A stretch of DNA of 64,000 nucleotides from Octopus vulgaris (GCA_951406725.2 OX597824.1:37200001-37264000), one strand, 5' to 3'. Shown: positions 11,930 through 24,847, counted from the stretch's first letter. Program-made: numbers and translations. Notes: a model not told the origin generated them from the letters alone.

Positions 11930-14129
11930 GTGAGATATTTACTATAATAATATTGTTCCCCTTCACTTTATAAACTCAAAACATTTTGAACTTTATTTAA
12001 GTGAACTCAATTCCACACGTTTATAATTTAAACGTGATATTAAGGCAGCGAACTGGCAGAATCGTTACTTAGATTCTGAGCGGCATTTTTTTTTTCTGAC
12101 TCTTTACGCTCTGAGTTCAAATTCCGCCGAGGTCGACTTTGTCTTTCATTCTTTCGGGGTGAATAAAATAAGTACTCGTCAAGTACTGGAATCAGTGTAA
12201 TTAACAAGCCTCACCTCGCCTTTAATTGCTGGCCTTCAGTCCATAGTATAGATGAATTTAGGAGTTAAATTTAGACTGACCCTTCAATGCCCTTCATTTA
12301 ACAACACCGGAATAAGCTTTTTACTGGGTCTGAATATATGCTGTAAAATGGCTCTTCCAGCTATTTTATCGAATTAAAATTATTTTTGTATTGATTCAAT
12401 TACATTAAAGGACCATTGTCTATAGATCTATTTACAGAACTGCTGAAGGGAGACACGAATTGGTCACTGCTCCCCACTTATTTTTACTAACACCGAAAAG
12501 ATTCACGAGTAAAATAAAATTAAGATAACAGCAAAACGAAAACGATGAAGTTTGTTATCATCAAGTATATCTTCAAATAAAGTTGTTTTTGATGTTCTTT
12601 TCGATACACAGTATTGTTTACTATGAGGAGATTTTAAAAAACCGGTGGAGTTATTGATCCAAGAATCCTTTAGAACCGACCTTAAATGTTGGTGTTGGGG
12701 TTTTCCGGAGCATGATTTAGAAATCTGGTTTTAAAAAATCGCCGCAATCTAACTAATTATGTACCTAAAACCAAAGATAGCCTGTTTTTCTAAGTTTTTA
12801 AACAATTCTCGAAACTGAAAATTTGAAGAGTATTTGGCATGAGGAATCAGATCTTTTTTTAGCTGTTTGTGAATGAAAAAGTGCTGATATTTAATTTTAC
12901 AAATTGTGGAAAGAAAAAGTAGAGCTTATTGAAAAAAATTAGAGAATTTCTCTCTGAAAATCGTGTACAAACTCATCACTTGTCTTCCTGTAAGAGGGTC
13001 AAAAGATGTTATTGTTTTACTATATCTCTCTGGGGTTTTTTTTCCCTTACTGCTTTTGCATACACCAAACAAAAGCATCTTTTATTAATCAGTGTCGTCT
13101 TAAGACATGGATACACTTTCGTGTGGTTCCAGATAGAATTGAAACCTGACCTTTTCCTAATGAAACATTCGACACAAACTCCTGGCTATTCGCACTCTCA
13201 GATTGCAACTTTAGAAAACTTGCAAGTCCACTAGTGGCAGAAACTCCAAGTTTTTCAGGGTTAAAACCAGTGTATAAGTATTTCGATGAGTGACAAATAA
13301 GAGAAGACGGAGAATGAATATAGCACCAATTTAATATTAATTACAATTGTTTTATGTATCATTCCATTTTTAAACACGTAAATCATTTCTTGTGAAACAT
13401 TATACCAATGTGTGGTTGGATATGTCTAAGTGATACTTCATCAAATTAACATTAACTCATTCCTCTTTACATTGTGTGAAGAATATGTCTTTTGTGTTGC
13501 TTATATTAGGAGAAAATAGGACAATAAATATGATGATGATGATGATGATGATCCTTTCTATTATTCGGCAGGAGGGGACTAGTCGATGACATCAACTGCA
13601 GTGCTCAGCTGGTACTTATTTTATCGACCCTGAAAGGATGGAAGGCAAAGTTGACCTAGTACTCGATCAATTTTGCCTTTCATCCTTTCAAAGTCAATAA
13701 AATAAAGTATGAGTTAAGTACTGTGGTCAATATATTCGACTTACCCCAACCCCTCACAACTGCTGGCCTTGTGCCAAAATTAAGAATAATGATAACAATT
13801 TCAAATTTTGTTACAAAGCCAGCAATCTTTAGTTCTGATCCAATTTTTACAGAACATTTCGTGTACAATACTGAGTGAACAGATCTAGGATAAAAGTATT
13901 CTGGCCATGATTATGCTCTCTCGTTAAGAGTATACAAAACTACTTTGTCTAATTTATCCTTTCCTTATATAAGACAGTAGAATGTGATTTGAAGGAGATA
14001 TGGGTGTCTGTGAGATCATTTTGAAGCTTACTTGTTGGCTCATATACTGAAATTTAATGTTTGTTAGTCTGATAAACTCTGCTATCTGTTGGTAATATTG
14101 AAAAATTACTTGAAATACATAGACAGTCA

Positions 14130-14265
14130 ACTTATTAGAAATGGGAGACCCAGGAAGACATGGGATGAAGTACTGAAGAATAACCTCAGGGCGCTGAACT
14201 TTTCAGACAAGATAACAAAAGACCAAGATGCCTGGCACCTTGCTGTGCTCAAGAAGACTCATACT
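14130..14265 (+). mobile_element. RTE LINE extreme 3' end
   Basis: GRPRKTWDEVLKNNLRALN...DQDAWHLAV. Confidence 0.65.
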
Positions 14266-14813
14266 CCACAGCAGAAGCATTAAGACTTCTGTGGTCCCTC
14301 TGGTGGTGAAAAGAACTCATAGCAGTACCACATAAAAACGTATGCATGTAAAAGCATCCAGCACACTCTGTAAAGTAGTTAGGATTAGGAAGGGCATCTA
14401 ACTGTGGAAATCATACCAAATCAGACTGGAGTCTAGTGCAGCTTGCCTGTCTGCTCTGGTCAAACTGTCCCACCCACACCAGCATGGACAACAGACATTA
14501 AATGATGATGATGATAATGATATTCCGGTAAAGGTGAACAGTTCTTTGGTAATTCCATTTTTGTCGCCTGGTGTTCATGATACTGAATCATTGATTTACA
14601 TCTTCATCTCAGACTTTCATGATCACACTTCCCATGGAAAACTTGTTCACTGTGACTTATTACAAAACCGTAGACAGTATTAAATGTTATATAATAGTTA
14701 TATAATTTCTGATATCATTTTTCAATGTGTTTTATTTTTGTTTTTCATTTTCTAATTACAGAAATTTGAAAACCAATCAATTATTTGAACCATTTTCTTT
14801 GGTGGATAGAAAG

Positions 14814-15775
14814 ATGTTTTCCAGAACATTTCAAAAATGGGCCTTGCTAAAAACTCTAGGACCTTACCAGATCTTTGCTCAAAGTGGTCGATGTTTCCAT
14901 CTATGTCATAAACATATGTCACATCTCTACTATGTGAAACCATCTTGTTTTCAATTACTTACTGGACTCAATAACAAGCTATCGTTTGTTTATAGACAAA
15001 GGAATTTTTCTTCTCTTGAAGACTATCAAGAGACTGATGACGACACAGATGAAGATATTGGTCACTACAAACCCAGAAAATTAAATGGAAGCAGTCGTCT
15101 TTTTGAATTCAAAGAACAAGTTGATTCTAAATCCATAACAAAAATGACATCAGAAGACTGGAATAAATTAGAAAAGGAGCTTCTTGAAGACAACGCTAAC
15201 CTGAAAATATCCTGGGAAGCTTGCTGTATGAGTTTGATTAATAGCAGTAAGTTGGTTGAACTTGGTATATCTCTTGCTGATTATTTAAAGAGTCAAGGTC
15301 GATCACTTAATATTGCTACTATTTCAGTGTTTATGATGTTACTTAGCTGCAGGGCATCACCTGAAGACCAGAAGACTATATTGCAATTATATCAACAGTT
15401 GTTAGACTCCACTGGTGGACTGTTAGATTGCCAGACTATTAAATATGTTATAAATGGATTATGTTGTACGGACAGTTGGAAGGATTGCTTTCAGCTGTTG
15501 TCCACATTAGAGTTAACTCAACCAACACTGCCCAAACATTACACTCCTATCATTCTTGCTGCAATACGCTGTGCAGATATTGACTCTTGCATACTTCTGT
15601 TGCATAAAGTAGGTTCAAAAGGTTTATCACCAACAGAAAAAGTATATCTATCCTTTTTGGACTTGTGTCAAAGTAACAGTAAGTTTTCTGTTGATGATCT
15701 GTTTCACCTGATGCACAAATACAGGTGGTTACCCAACAAAGATGTCTTGCTTGCAATTATAAAATATTTAAAAAG
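14814..15775 (+). CDS. PRORP: PRORP (MRPP3/KIAA0391) mitochondrial RNase P catalytic subunit, coding exon 1 (presequence + PPR region); exon starts at 14762
   Basis: acceptor ttacag at 14761, ATG 14814, basic presequence-like MFSRTFQKWALLK..RQRNFSS, helical PPR-like region, ag|gtaag donor in phase 2. Confidence 0.9.
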
Positions 15776-15899
15776 GTAAGAATTATCTTCAGTTTCTTTT
15801 TACTTTCTGGCCCTGAAGAGAAGGGTCAGTTTTTGAGGTGTCCTAGCGTTGTTAAAGATGTACTCTCTCCTGGAGAGATTCTTAATGATAACAAGGCCC

Positions 15900-16430
15900 C
15901 TCATTTGGAGCAACTGTGAGGACTAGTTTAGAGTGCTGCTCATTTTTGAAAAGGATGAGGTGCAATGATGTTTTCTTAATATAAGTAGTGCTTGTGTTTC
16001 TTTTGCTGTTGAAAGAGTCAATATTGGCATGACCCCCCCCCCCCTCTGTAAAATGCTCTCAACATTTCTGATAATAGAATCAGTGTGAGTTTGGCATGTT
16101 ATGTCTAGATTGCACGTGGATTATGCATGGTTGATAAAAAATCAGAGGAGAATGAATGGTTGAATCATCTGTGTAAGAGTGAGCAGTGTTGGCTGTGAAA
16201 GCAAAAAGATCATTGATATCTAGATGGAAGAGAGTGGGGGATAAAACTGAACCCTGCGATACACCAGACTTGATTGTGTGTAGGAAAGAAAAAACTGTAA
16301 CAACATGATGACAGGAAGCTACTGATTCTAGAGATGAGAGATGGATTAAATCCATAAGGATGAAAGTTTCAGTTGCAGATTCACAGGCTGGACATGGCCA
16401 AAAGCTTTGCTGATGTCTACAGCAACGATA
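15900..16430 (-). mobile_element. LINE reverse transcriptase remnant
   Basis: SGVSQGSVLSPTLFHLDINDL...HSYTDDST corresponds to RT motifs GVPQGSVL / YADD. Confidence 0.8.
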
Positions 16431-17313
16431 TAGCTTTCATTTTTTTACTTACAGTAAGAATCCACTGGAGGGTGACATTTGATTAATACCAAGTAAACAT
16501 TTTATGAAACTATGTGTCTGTTTTAATCAATTGTTTACTTGTGCATTCTTAATTATGAAATATTCAGATAAACAGTCTGTCTCTCATAATAAAGACTAGA
16601 CAATGATGCTAAGAATGGTAACTGAAAAATTTGTGAAATGACATGTTATTGTAAAGTTGAAATGGCTGGAGTTACTCTACAACTACGGTTTCACTATTTG
16701 ATTCTACCTTCTTGTGTCAGTTGCCACAAATAAAGGTGGATTGAATATTTTCAATATTAATTATGGAAACCTCCAGAAAATGGGTGCCATGTCAACTGCT
16801 TAAGCAGTGCTGAGATTGTATAACTTAGTGTTTTGATTGCTTAGCTCCATCTTTCCCCAATTAAAATAGATACAATCAAAATAGAAGAGTAATCAATGGA
16901 ATACCAGAATATATTTGGATAAGAATGGTTCTGATTTGAGTGTTTCACCCATTCAAACAAAAATAGTGTTTACTTACTGTTGGCTGAGTTTGTAGAGCAT
17001 TTGATAGAAATGTTTTGTGCTATTTGTTCTGACTCTTTGTGTCTGAGTTCAAATTCCATTTAAGTCAACTTCATTTTTACTTTTCATCTTTTCAGAGTCA
17101 GTAATAAAACACCAATCCAGGATAGTAAATTGGTGGAATTGTAATAATATTGGAGCAAATGTTTAGGTTCTGAGTTCAAATCCTGTTGTGGTTTAGTTGC
17201 TTGGTTTCACACCATCATTGGGCACTTTGGATTCTTTTAGCAGTCTCCTCTGTTGCAAGCATTCAGAACTGGTCTCTTCTTCCTTCCCTCCCACAAGCCT
17301 CAGAGGCCCTTAA

Positions 17314-17525
17314 CCCTTTAGCATTTAAACCAGCCATATCCGGCCAAAAGTATTCTGCCTGTTTTATGTTCAAACTGGCCAGATCTGGTCTCTCACACTA
17401 ACCCTACAATAAAAATTGACAGCTACCTCATTGAAATCTCATAGCTACAAGATAATGCATGATTAGTTCAAAGCAATGGGGGTAAAAGGGATTAATTTTG
17501 GCAGAATAATGCGAACACTAAAGGG
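17314..17525. mobile_element. piggyBac-like MITE
   Basis: TTAA|CCCTTTAG ... CTAAAGGG|TTAA; decayed inverted relative at about 18781-18960. Confidence 0.85.
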
Positions 17526-18478
17526 TTAAAATGGTCAATGAGTATAACCATCCTTCCTGACTATAAGAGAGAGAGAAAAAAAAGAAGAAATTGTCGAAAG
17601 TCTGAATTTAGTTCAAATCTTGTTTCATATTTATCTTGTGCATCCCAGTTTTTAGAATGGATCTTCTTGTATGCCTGTGTTTCAGGATAAGCAACTAAAA
17701 AGTTGGTATCAGGAAGGGTGTCAAACCATTAAGCATCAACTCAAAATTTCCCACCCAATCCATAAAGTAGATGTAAATGCGGTAATGATGATGATGAGGG
17801 CTGTGGTGGGGAGTTATGTATTTGTAAAATAGTATAAATAGATTGTTATTTGTGTATGCATATTGTGTAATTGTCTAGTTTTACCTGGATATATTCTATG
17901 TATTTTTATGTCTGTATATGTAGGTGTGTGTGTGATCATCATCATCATTTAACTTCCATCTTCCCTGCTGGCATGGGTTAGACAGTTTGACCAGAGCTGG
18001 TAAGGCCAGGGGCTACACTAGGCTCCGTAGTCTGTTCTGGCATGGTTTCTATGGCTGGATGCCCTTCCTACTGCCAACCAATCCACAGCATGTATTGGGT
18101 GCTTTCCATGTGGCACCAGCATCAGTATCAATTCTGCTGTGGTGGGCATGTCTTCTTGAATATGGTCTATATGTGTGAAGTATATAAACTGTTGTCCCCT
18201 TAGGAGAAAGAGTCAAAAGGTTTACATCCTGTCACTTGTGGTATATGTATGGTGTGCATTGCTGGGAAAGCATTGTAGTTTTCTATGACACTTTCCTGGC
18301 AGAAGAAAGAACTGAGAATTACAGAGAGAAAGAAAGAGAGAGAATGAGTTAACTGTAGATTGTTGAACCAACAAGGAACTAATTTGATGGTTGTCAGTAC
18401 TTAATAATATGCTCTTTTACACAGTTAAACACTGGATATATTTGATCATGGTATTTAATTATTACGATTATGTTCCAG

Positions 18479-18529
18479 AGATGGAAACCGAGAACGCTGG
18501 TCTGAAGCATGGATCAAATTAGACAAAAG
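18479..18529 (+). CDS. PRORP: PRORP coding exon 2 (51 nt)
   Basis: gttccag acceptor, ag|gtaatt donor; (R)DGNRERWSEAWIKLDK; phase 2 to 2 bridges the flanking exons. Confidence 0.85.
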
Positions 18530-20112
18530 GTAATTCTCTTTACAGTCTTTCTTTGAAATTTTGCTTCGTTATAGACGTAAAATTTCCCAGTTATTTCCCC
18601 TGATTTCTTTGTGAACTTGCTTATTAACTGATATTTAGACTGAATAGATCTCCCCGAAACAGATTTTATAGAGGTTATTGTTTCTATTGTTATTTAATAA
18701 ATATTATTGATATTAGAGAAGAGTTGCAGCTGGAAGATGTAGAAACTAGTTGTACATCATTTGCTCCATAACAAAGGCATTTAACTTTTCATATTCAGAT
18801 TATTTCACCAAATGTAATGTTTATTTATTCACATTGTTTTGAATTTATCCTGCATTATCTTATAGCCTTGAGATTTTTAGACTAACATTGTTGGATATGT
18901 GTGAGTGGCTGAACTTGGCCTGCTTTTACATAAAACAGGTAAAATATTTTGGCTGGATATCATCATCATCATCATCATCGTTTAACGTTCGTTTTCCATG
19001 GTAGCATGGGTTGGACGGTTCGACCGGGGTCTGGGAAGCCAAGAGGCTGCACCAGGCTCCAGTCTGATCTGGCAGTGTTTCTACAGCTGGATGCCCTTCC
19101 TAACACCAACCACTCCGTGAGTGTAGTGGGTGCTTTTTACGTGCCACCAGCCCAGGGGCCAGAGAGGCTGGCAAACGGCCACGATGGGTTGGTGCTTTTA
19201 CATGTCACCGACACGGACGCCAGTCAGGCGGCGCTGGCATCTGCCAAATTTGGACAGTGCCACCGGCATTGGTATCTTAACTACAATTTCCATTTGATTT
19301 TGATTTTGATTTTGGTGTTGACATACTTGACTCAATAGGTCTCTTCAAGAACAGCAGGTCACCGTCGGTTTAAATACTAAAGAGTTTATGGGTTAATTCA
19401 CCAGGCTATAAGCAGGTGCCATAATTAAGCTAATCTCATCATCATCGTCTAACGTCCACTTTTCATGCTGGCATGGGTCGGACAGTTTGACATGAAGCTG
19501 GCTAGCAGATAGCTGTCTAGACTCCAACTGTCTGTTATGGCATGGTTTCTATGGCTGGATTCCCTTCCTAATGCCAATGACTTGGCACATAGTCACTTCC
19601 CTCTCCCAGCTGAGCAGTCTTTGTCTTGCAAGTTACTTGGTGACCCTGTACACTCTGTAAATTGGTTGGCACTAGGAAGGGCATCCAGCCAAAGCAGACA
19701 ATGGAGCATGGTGCTATTCCTGGCCTTGCCAGCTCCTGTCAAACCATCCAACCCATGCCAGCAAGGAAGACAGATGTTAATTGACAATAATGCTATAAAC
19801 CAATTTTTAAATTCTCAATCAATTTTCCATAACTTAAACAGAAGCATTTCCACAAATTATTGGATCTACTTTTGATGAAGTTCCCTCCATTAATTCATTT
19901 ATGTTAAATGGGTTATTCAGTTTGGTAGGCTTACTTTTATCCAAAGTAGATCGATTAAAGTTGATATATTTGAAAGAACTAGTAATCTGTAAGCTGTGAG
20001 AAGAACCCCTTCACATCTATTATCTAAACAATGCTTACACTCTGTCTCCCTATCATTACTCCCTGATGTTCCCTATCATTATTAAAAGGGATGATTAACC
20101 AATACATTATAT

Positions 20113-20507
20113 CTCTTACTCTTTTACTTGTTTCAGTTATTTGACTGTGGCCATGCTGGAGCACCGCCTTTAATCGAGCAACTCGACCCCGGGACTTATT
20201 CTTTTGTAAGCCCAGTACTTATTCTATCGGTCTCTTTTGCCGAACCGCTAAGTAACGGGGACATAAACACACCAGCATTGGTTGTCAAGCAATGCTAGGG
20301 AGACAAACACACACACGCATATATATATATATATACATATATACGACGGGCTTCTTTCAGTTTCCGTCTACCAAATCCACTCACAAGGCTTTGGTTGGCC
20401 CGAGGCTATAGTAGAAGACACTTGCCCAAGGTGCCACGCAGTGGGACTGAACCCGGAACCATGTGGTTCGTAAACAAGCTACTTACCACACAGCCACTCC
20501 TGTATCT
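20113..20507 (-). mobile_element. SINE family A
   Basis: reverse complement of the copies at 1641 and 22447. Confidence 0.85.
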
Positions 20508-20622
20508 ACATATACAACTTGTAGTATTGGCAGAGGAATAAATCTTTGAAAATTGAATTTAATGCTAAATGTTTCTCTTTATTAAATTGTATCATTTTTG
20601 TTTACTTGTTTTTCATTCTCAG

Positions 20623-20866
20623 AGGACTATGTCCAAATTGTAATACAGCCATAGATAAATTGGATATACCATTTTCACAGTTCCAAAAGCTGCGTCGTGT
20701 ATTTTTTGAAAAAGTTCTGATTGGAAAGGACCTTTACCAAAATACAAATCCGGCAGAACTTGAAAGTTTCAAATTATTTGTTGAAGAAAAAGCGCCTTTT
20801 GATGTAGTTTTTGATTCTTTAAATGTTTCCCTTAAAATGGGTCAGATGAGGAATAAGTCTTTTCAG
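20623..20866 (+). CDS. PRORP: PRORP coding exon 3 (zinc ligands CxxC, start of NYN nuclease domain)
   Basis: GLCPNC...GKDLYQNTNPAELESFKLFVEEKAPFDVVFDSLNV vs human GQCSGC...GGDQYRKTTPQELKRF...PPFDVVIDGLNV; ag/gt boundaries, 244 nt. Confidence 0.96.
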
Positions 20867-21011
20867 GTATGTTCTACAAATTTATTTTTACCATTCTAGA
20901 TTGAAATCATTAAAGACTTCATCATTGTTCCTTCAGAATTGTCGGTTTTATCTCAAAATGTACTTCATCACAATCAAAAACCGAATGAGTGATTTAATAC
21001 TTACAGAATTT

Positions 21012-21702
21012 GGATCTTTTCCTTTTGAACGGCAGTTTTCAACACAATTTCTAGTTAACTAAACACTTTTAAACTTCGTATACTGGTAGAATGTGTCAAA
21101 ATAAAACGTTTTTTTCTCTTGGCTTTCTTGAGAAAATTGTAATTTGTAAGTTTAACATAGTTTAATTTTTTGAATTTTAACCAATCCTATGGCCTCTATT
21201 GAGCTAAAATCATTTGCTGCGTCTAAAACAGACAACATCTTGTCCCTAACCCTAAATTAAGAAAAAAAAACCAAAGGCTAAAATGAAAGCAATGGAAAAT
21301 AATTTTAATTTAACAATTAAGAAAAAAAAAACGAAAGGCTAATACAAAAGCAAAAACTCAAAACAAAAACGAAATGAATAATTTTAGACACACGCATAAC
21401 AATTAAATTAATTTAACTATTAAGAAAGAAAAAAACAAAAGGCTAAAATTTAGGGTTAGGGTTAGTGACAGGATGTTGTCTCAGTTTTTAGACGCAGCAA
21501 ATGATTTTAGCTCAATAGAGGCCATAGGATTGGTTAAAATTCGAAAAATTAAACTACATTAAACTTACAAATTACAATTTTCTCAAGAAAGCCAAGAGAA
21601 AAAAATGTTTTATTTTGACACATTCTACCAGTATACAAAGTTTAAAAGTGTTTAGTTAACTAGAAATTGTGTTGAAAACTGCCGTTCAAAAGAAAAAGAT
21701 CC
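21012..21702. mobile_element. fold-back MITE, GG..CC termini, 8-bp TSD (Merlin-like), internal telomere-type repeats
   Basis: TSD CAGAATTT at 21004-21011 and 21703-21710; about 240-bp inverted arms ending inward in CCCTAACCCTAA / TTAGGGTTAGGGTTAG. Confidence 0.9.
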
Positions 21703-22446
21703 CAGAATTTCAGTTTTCTTCTAAATTAATTACATGATGATGATGATGATGATAATGAAGTGTGTAGAATACATTTACCATTTTTGAAAGCAAGTGTTTC
21801 TTTTTGGAACCAATATTCAAACAAGACTATTTTTTTATTCCTTTAATGGTTTCAGTCGTAGGAGTGCAGCCATGCTGGAGCACCACTTTAATTTATTTTC
21901 TTTTAGTTTTGTTATCGCTTTAAAGATGGAAAGTTGGTGTATGATTTGAGTTTGTGGCAGCTGATCATCCCCAAAATATTCCATCCTTTGTAAAATTCCA
22001 TAATTTTTCTTCAATGATATTAAAAGAAATTCATTGATTTTATTTTGTAAAATCTGCGAAAGAGCTGCATAAAAAGTAAACCAGAAAGAGTCCAAAGGCC
22101 TAAGGGCCTACATTGTGAAGGCCAAAATGAGCACAAAAGCACGATACTATCTCATTAGTAGTTTAGCTCAGAATGCAGTGACAGTGTTGGCATGAACTTA
22201 ACATTGTGCACTGATTGCAATTAATGAATGCACAAAAGCTGCTGAGGAATCTCTAACAGATTGACTATGCTACTGGTGTGCGTGGCACTAGAATTATTTG
22301 CAGGAAGAGCCCTCATAAAATATCTTTGAACTATTCAGATAACTTGCTGGATAGAGAGGACAGATTTTTGTCATCTGGGAGATGAAAGGAGTTGCTGTGA
22401 CAAATAGAAGAAAGAAAGGAAAGAAAAAAGTATCTAGTGTGGTATA

Positions 22447-22643
22447 GGCATTGGAGTGGCTGTGTGGTAAGTAGCTTGCTTACCAACCACATTGTTCAGG
22501 GTTCAGTCCCACTGCGTGGCACCTTGGGCAAGTGTTTTCTACTATAGCCTCGGGCCGACCAAAGCCTTGTGAGTGGATTTGGTAGATGGAAACTGAAAGA
22601 AGCCCATCGTATATATATATATATAAAAAAAAAAAATAAAGAA

Positions 22644-22675
<32 letters not shown>

Positions 22676-22878
22676 ATATGTCTGTGTTTGTCCCCCCCAA
22701 CATCGCTTGACACCCAATGCTGGTGTGTTTACGTCCCCGTAACTTAGCGGTTCAGCAAAAGAAATCGATAGAATAAGTACTAGGCTTACAAAGAATAAGT
22801 CCTAGGGTCGAGTCACTCGATTAAAGGTGGTGCTCCAGCATGGCCACGGTCAAATGACTGAAACAAGTAAAGAAAGAG
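22447..22878 (+). mobile_element. SINE family A
   Basis: full-length copy matching 1641 and 49224. Confidence 0.85.
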
Positions 22879-23000
22879 TTTTAATAGTTGTTATTTTGGA
22901 GAGAATCTGTTTCTTCATATTCTAACTTTGCTACAGAATGGTTACTTTATATGACAGATTAATTCTTTAATATCTCTTGTATGTTATCTTTGTTTGACAG

Positions 23001-23140
23001 TTACGGAAAGCAGTTGAATATTTTGCTTTGATTAAAAAGATGAAAGTTTTGGTTGTTGGTCGAAAGTATATGTTGAAATGGCCTGAAAGAGATATAAAAA
23101 TCATTAAAAAGTTGGCTTCCTGCTTCTTCATTGAAAATAT
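23001..23140 (+). CDS. PRORP: PRORP coding exon 4
   Basis: LRKAVEYF...MKVLVVGRKYMLKW...LASCFFIEN (human LRLLVLGRKHML...QASCFFADD); tttgacag acceptor, at|gtaagt donor. Confidence 0.95.
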
Positions 23141-23171
23141 GTAAGTAAATTTCTGTTTTGATGTTTATGTC

Positions 23172-23311
23172 GCAAATTCATTTCCAGATGGTGAATGAAT
23201 TCTCATTCTCTCTGCTGATGTCAATAGATTCGCCAACACTACACCTGAAATAACAAGCAAATTTATTCCCAGATGGTGAATGAATTCTCATTCCCTCTGC
23301 TGATGTCAATA
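23172..23311. repeat. 55-bp direct repeat, period 85
   Basis: GCAAATT.ATT.CCAGATGGTGAATGAATTCTCATTC.CTCTGCTGATGTCAATA at 23172 and 23257. Confidence 0.85.
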
Positions 23312-23448
23312 AATAGAATTGTTGAAGACTTTTAAAAATAGTCCTAAAACTTGGTGGCTGTTTTCAATCCCACTTTTTTTATTTACTGATTCTCGAGGAA
23401 GAAATGGTGCTCATGGCCTTTGCAGGAGCTGACTAAGTTGGTGAGTTT

Positions 23449-23720
23449 GTTGGTATTAATGTTGCTCTTGAAACTTTCCAAGTCAACATCTGTGGGAAAG
23501 ACCTGAGCAGGGAAGGAATTCTAGAGGGATCGCATCATGGAGAGGAAGGATTAGCTGTAGTAATTTCTGTAAAGTCTGGTGGTGGGTTTGGACTCAAGAT
23601 GAGTGAAGAAAATAAACACGAGGATTAGGAGGAGCAAAAGTAGGTTAGAAATGGCTAAGGGAAGGTCTAGATTGAACAGCAACAACCTGTTCAACCTGGA
23701 AAAGCAGATGTGAAATGATG
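23449..23720 (-). mobile_element. short LINE-3'-end-derived element, copy 1
   Basis: reverse complement of 24472-24731. Confidence 0.8.
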
Positions 23721-24235
23721 AGGAGGAGGAGGAGAAGGAAGAGGAGTATTGACTTATCTGGAACATTGCTACTGCTACATATGCACAAGTATTATAGACT
23801 GCTTCCAAAAGTGGCTATCCAGTTGAATGGTAAAAATTTAATCAATAACACACTACACCACTGGATCACAGACATATTTCCTTTCTCTAACTTCTACTCC
23901 TCTCATCTAGCAAACTGTTTACCATTCAAACTTATCGAATACATCCTCCTTCTCTTCATTATTCTTGATTAATCTAATCTCCAAACTTCTTGCTAAACAC
24001 TGCTCAGTCTTGTCTCCACAGAATTGCACCTCCCCACCCATATCCCCAGAAAATATTCCTCCTATTTTTGTATTTCTTAGTTGTATCAATCTGCTGTAGT
24101 TCAAACTTATTGATTATCAAACTAATCATTAATTATTGCTTAATTATCATTATGCAATATTATAGCAACAAGGAACTGCATAAAAAGAGTGTGAAAAAAC
24201 AAAACTATAATCTATAATCTTAATTTTTGTTTCAG

Positions 24236-24428
24236 ATCTGAAGACGATCCTTATCTTATCTACGCTACACTCTACAGTGGTCCTAGGTCAGTATTTGTTT
24301 CATCTGATGAAATGCGAGACCATAAATTTTCTTTAGGAGAAGAGTATGGTGAGCTCTTTCGTCGATGGCAGTACAGTCACCAAGTGCAGTTATATAAAGT
24401 GAAACAAAATGGTCACATTATATTTCAG
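24236..24428 (+). CDS. PRORP: PRORP coding exon 5 (catalytic SEDD and DEMRDH motifs)
   Basis: SEDDPYLIYATLYSG...FVSSDEMRDHK...FRRWQYSHQ; gtttcag acceptor, cag|gtgaga donor; 193 nt. Confidence 0.97.
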
Positions 24429-24471
24429 GTGAGACATTTTACCATACTTTATACATGTCAATGTCATCATT

Positions 24472-24731
24472 ATCATTTCACACCTGCTTTCCCAGGTTGA
24501 GCAGGCTGTTGTTGTTCAACCTATTTCTTCCCTCGGCCATTTCTAACCCACTTTTGCTCTTCCTAATCCTCATGCTTCTTTTCTTCACTCATCTTGTGTC
24601 CAGACTCACCACCAAATCACTACTTCCGGTCCTTCCTCCCCACAATGCCTTCCCTCTGGAATTCCTTCTCAGCTCAGGTCTTTCCCACAGATGTTGACTT
24701 AGAAAGTTTCAAAAGGAACATTAATGCCAAC
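24472..24731 (+). mobile_element. short LINE-3'-end-derived element, copy 2
   Basis: ends in FPTDVDLESFKRNINA, a typical LINE ORF2 C-terminus; inverted homologue at 23449-23720. Confidence 0.8.
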
Positions 24732-24847
24732 TTAGAACATGTCATTTGAAGTACTGGCTCCCTAACAGAAGCTTTTAGCTACTTCTAGGGAGCCTTTCAA
24801 GCACTTAACTCTTTTGATACCAACCTAACTGAAACCACCCCTGGTTC

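Noticed and set aside
14727-14813. Upstream start of the 350-aa ORF in the track (MFYFCFSF...)
   Set aside because: Non-ATG start inside the polypyrimidine tract of the acceptor at 14761; the supported start is ATG 14814.
20816-20818. A-to-I recoding restoring Gly at PRORP DSLNV
   Set aside because: The codon is TCT, not AGY, so editing cannot produce Gly.
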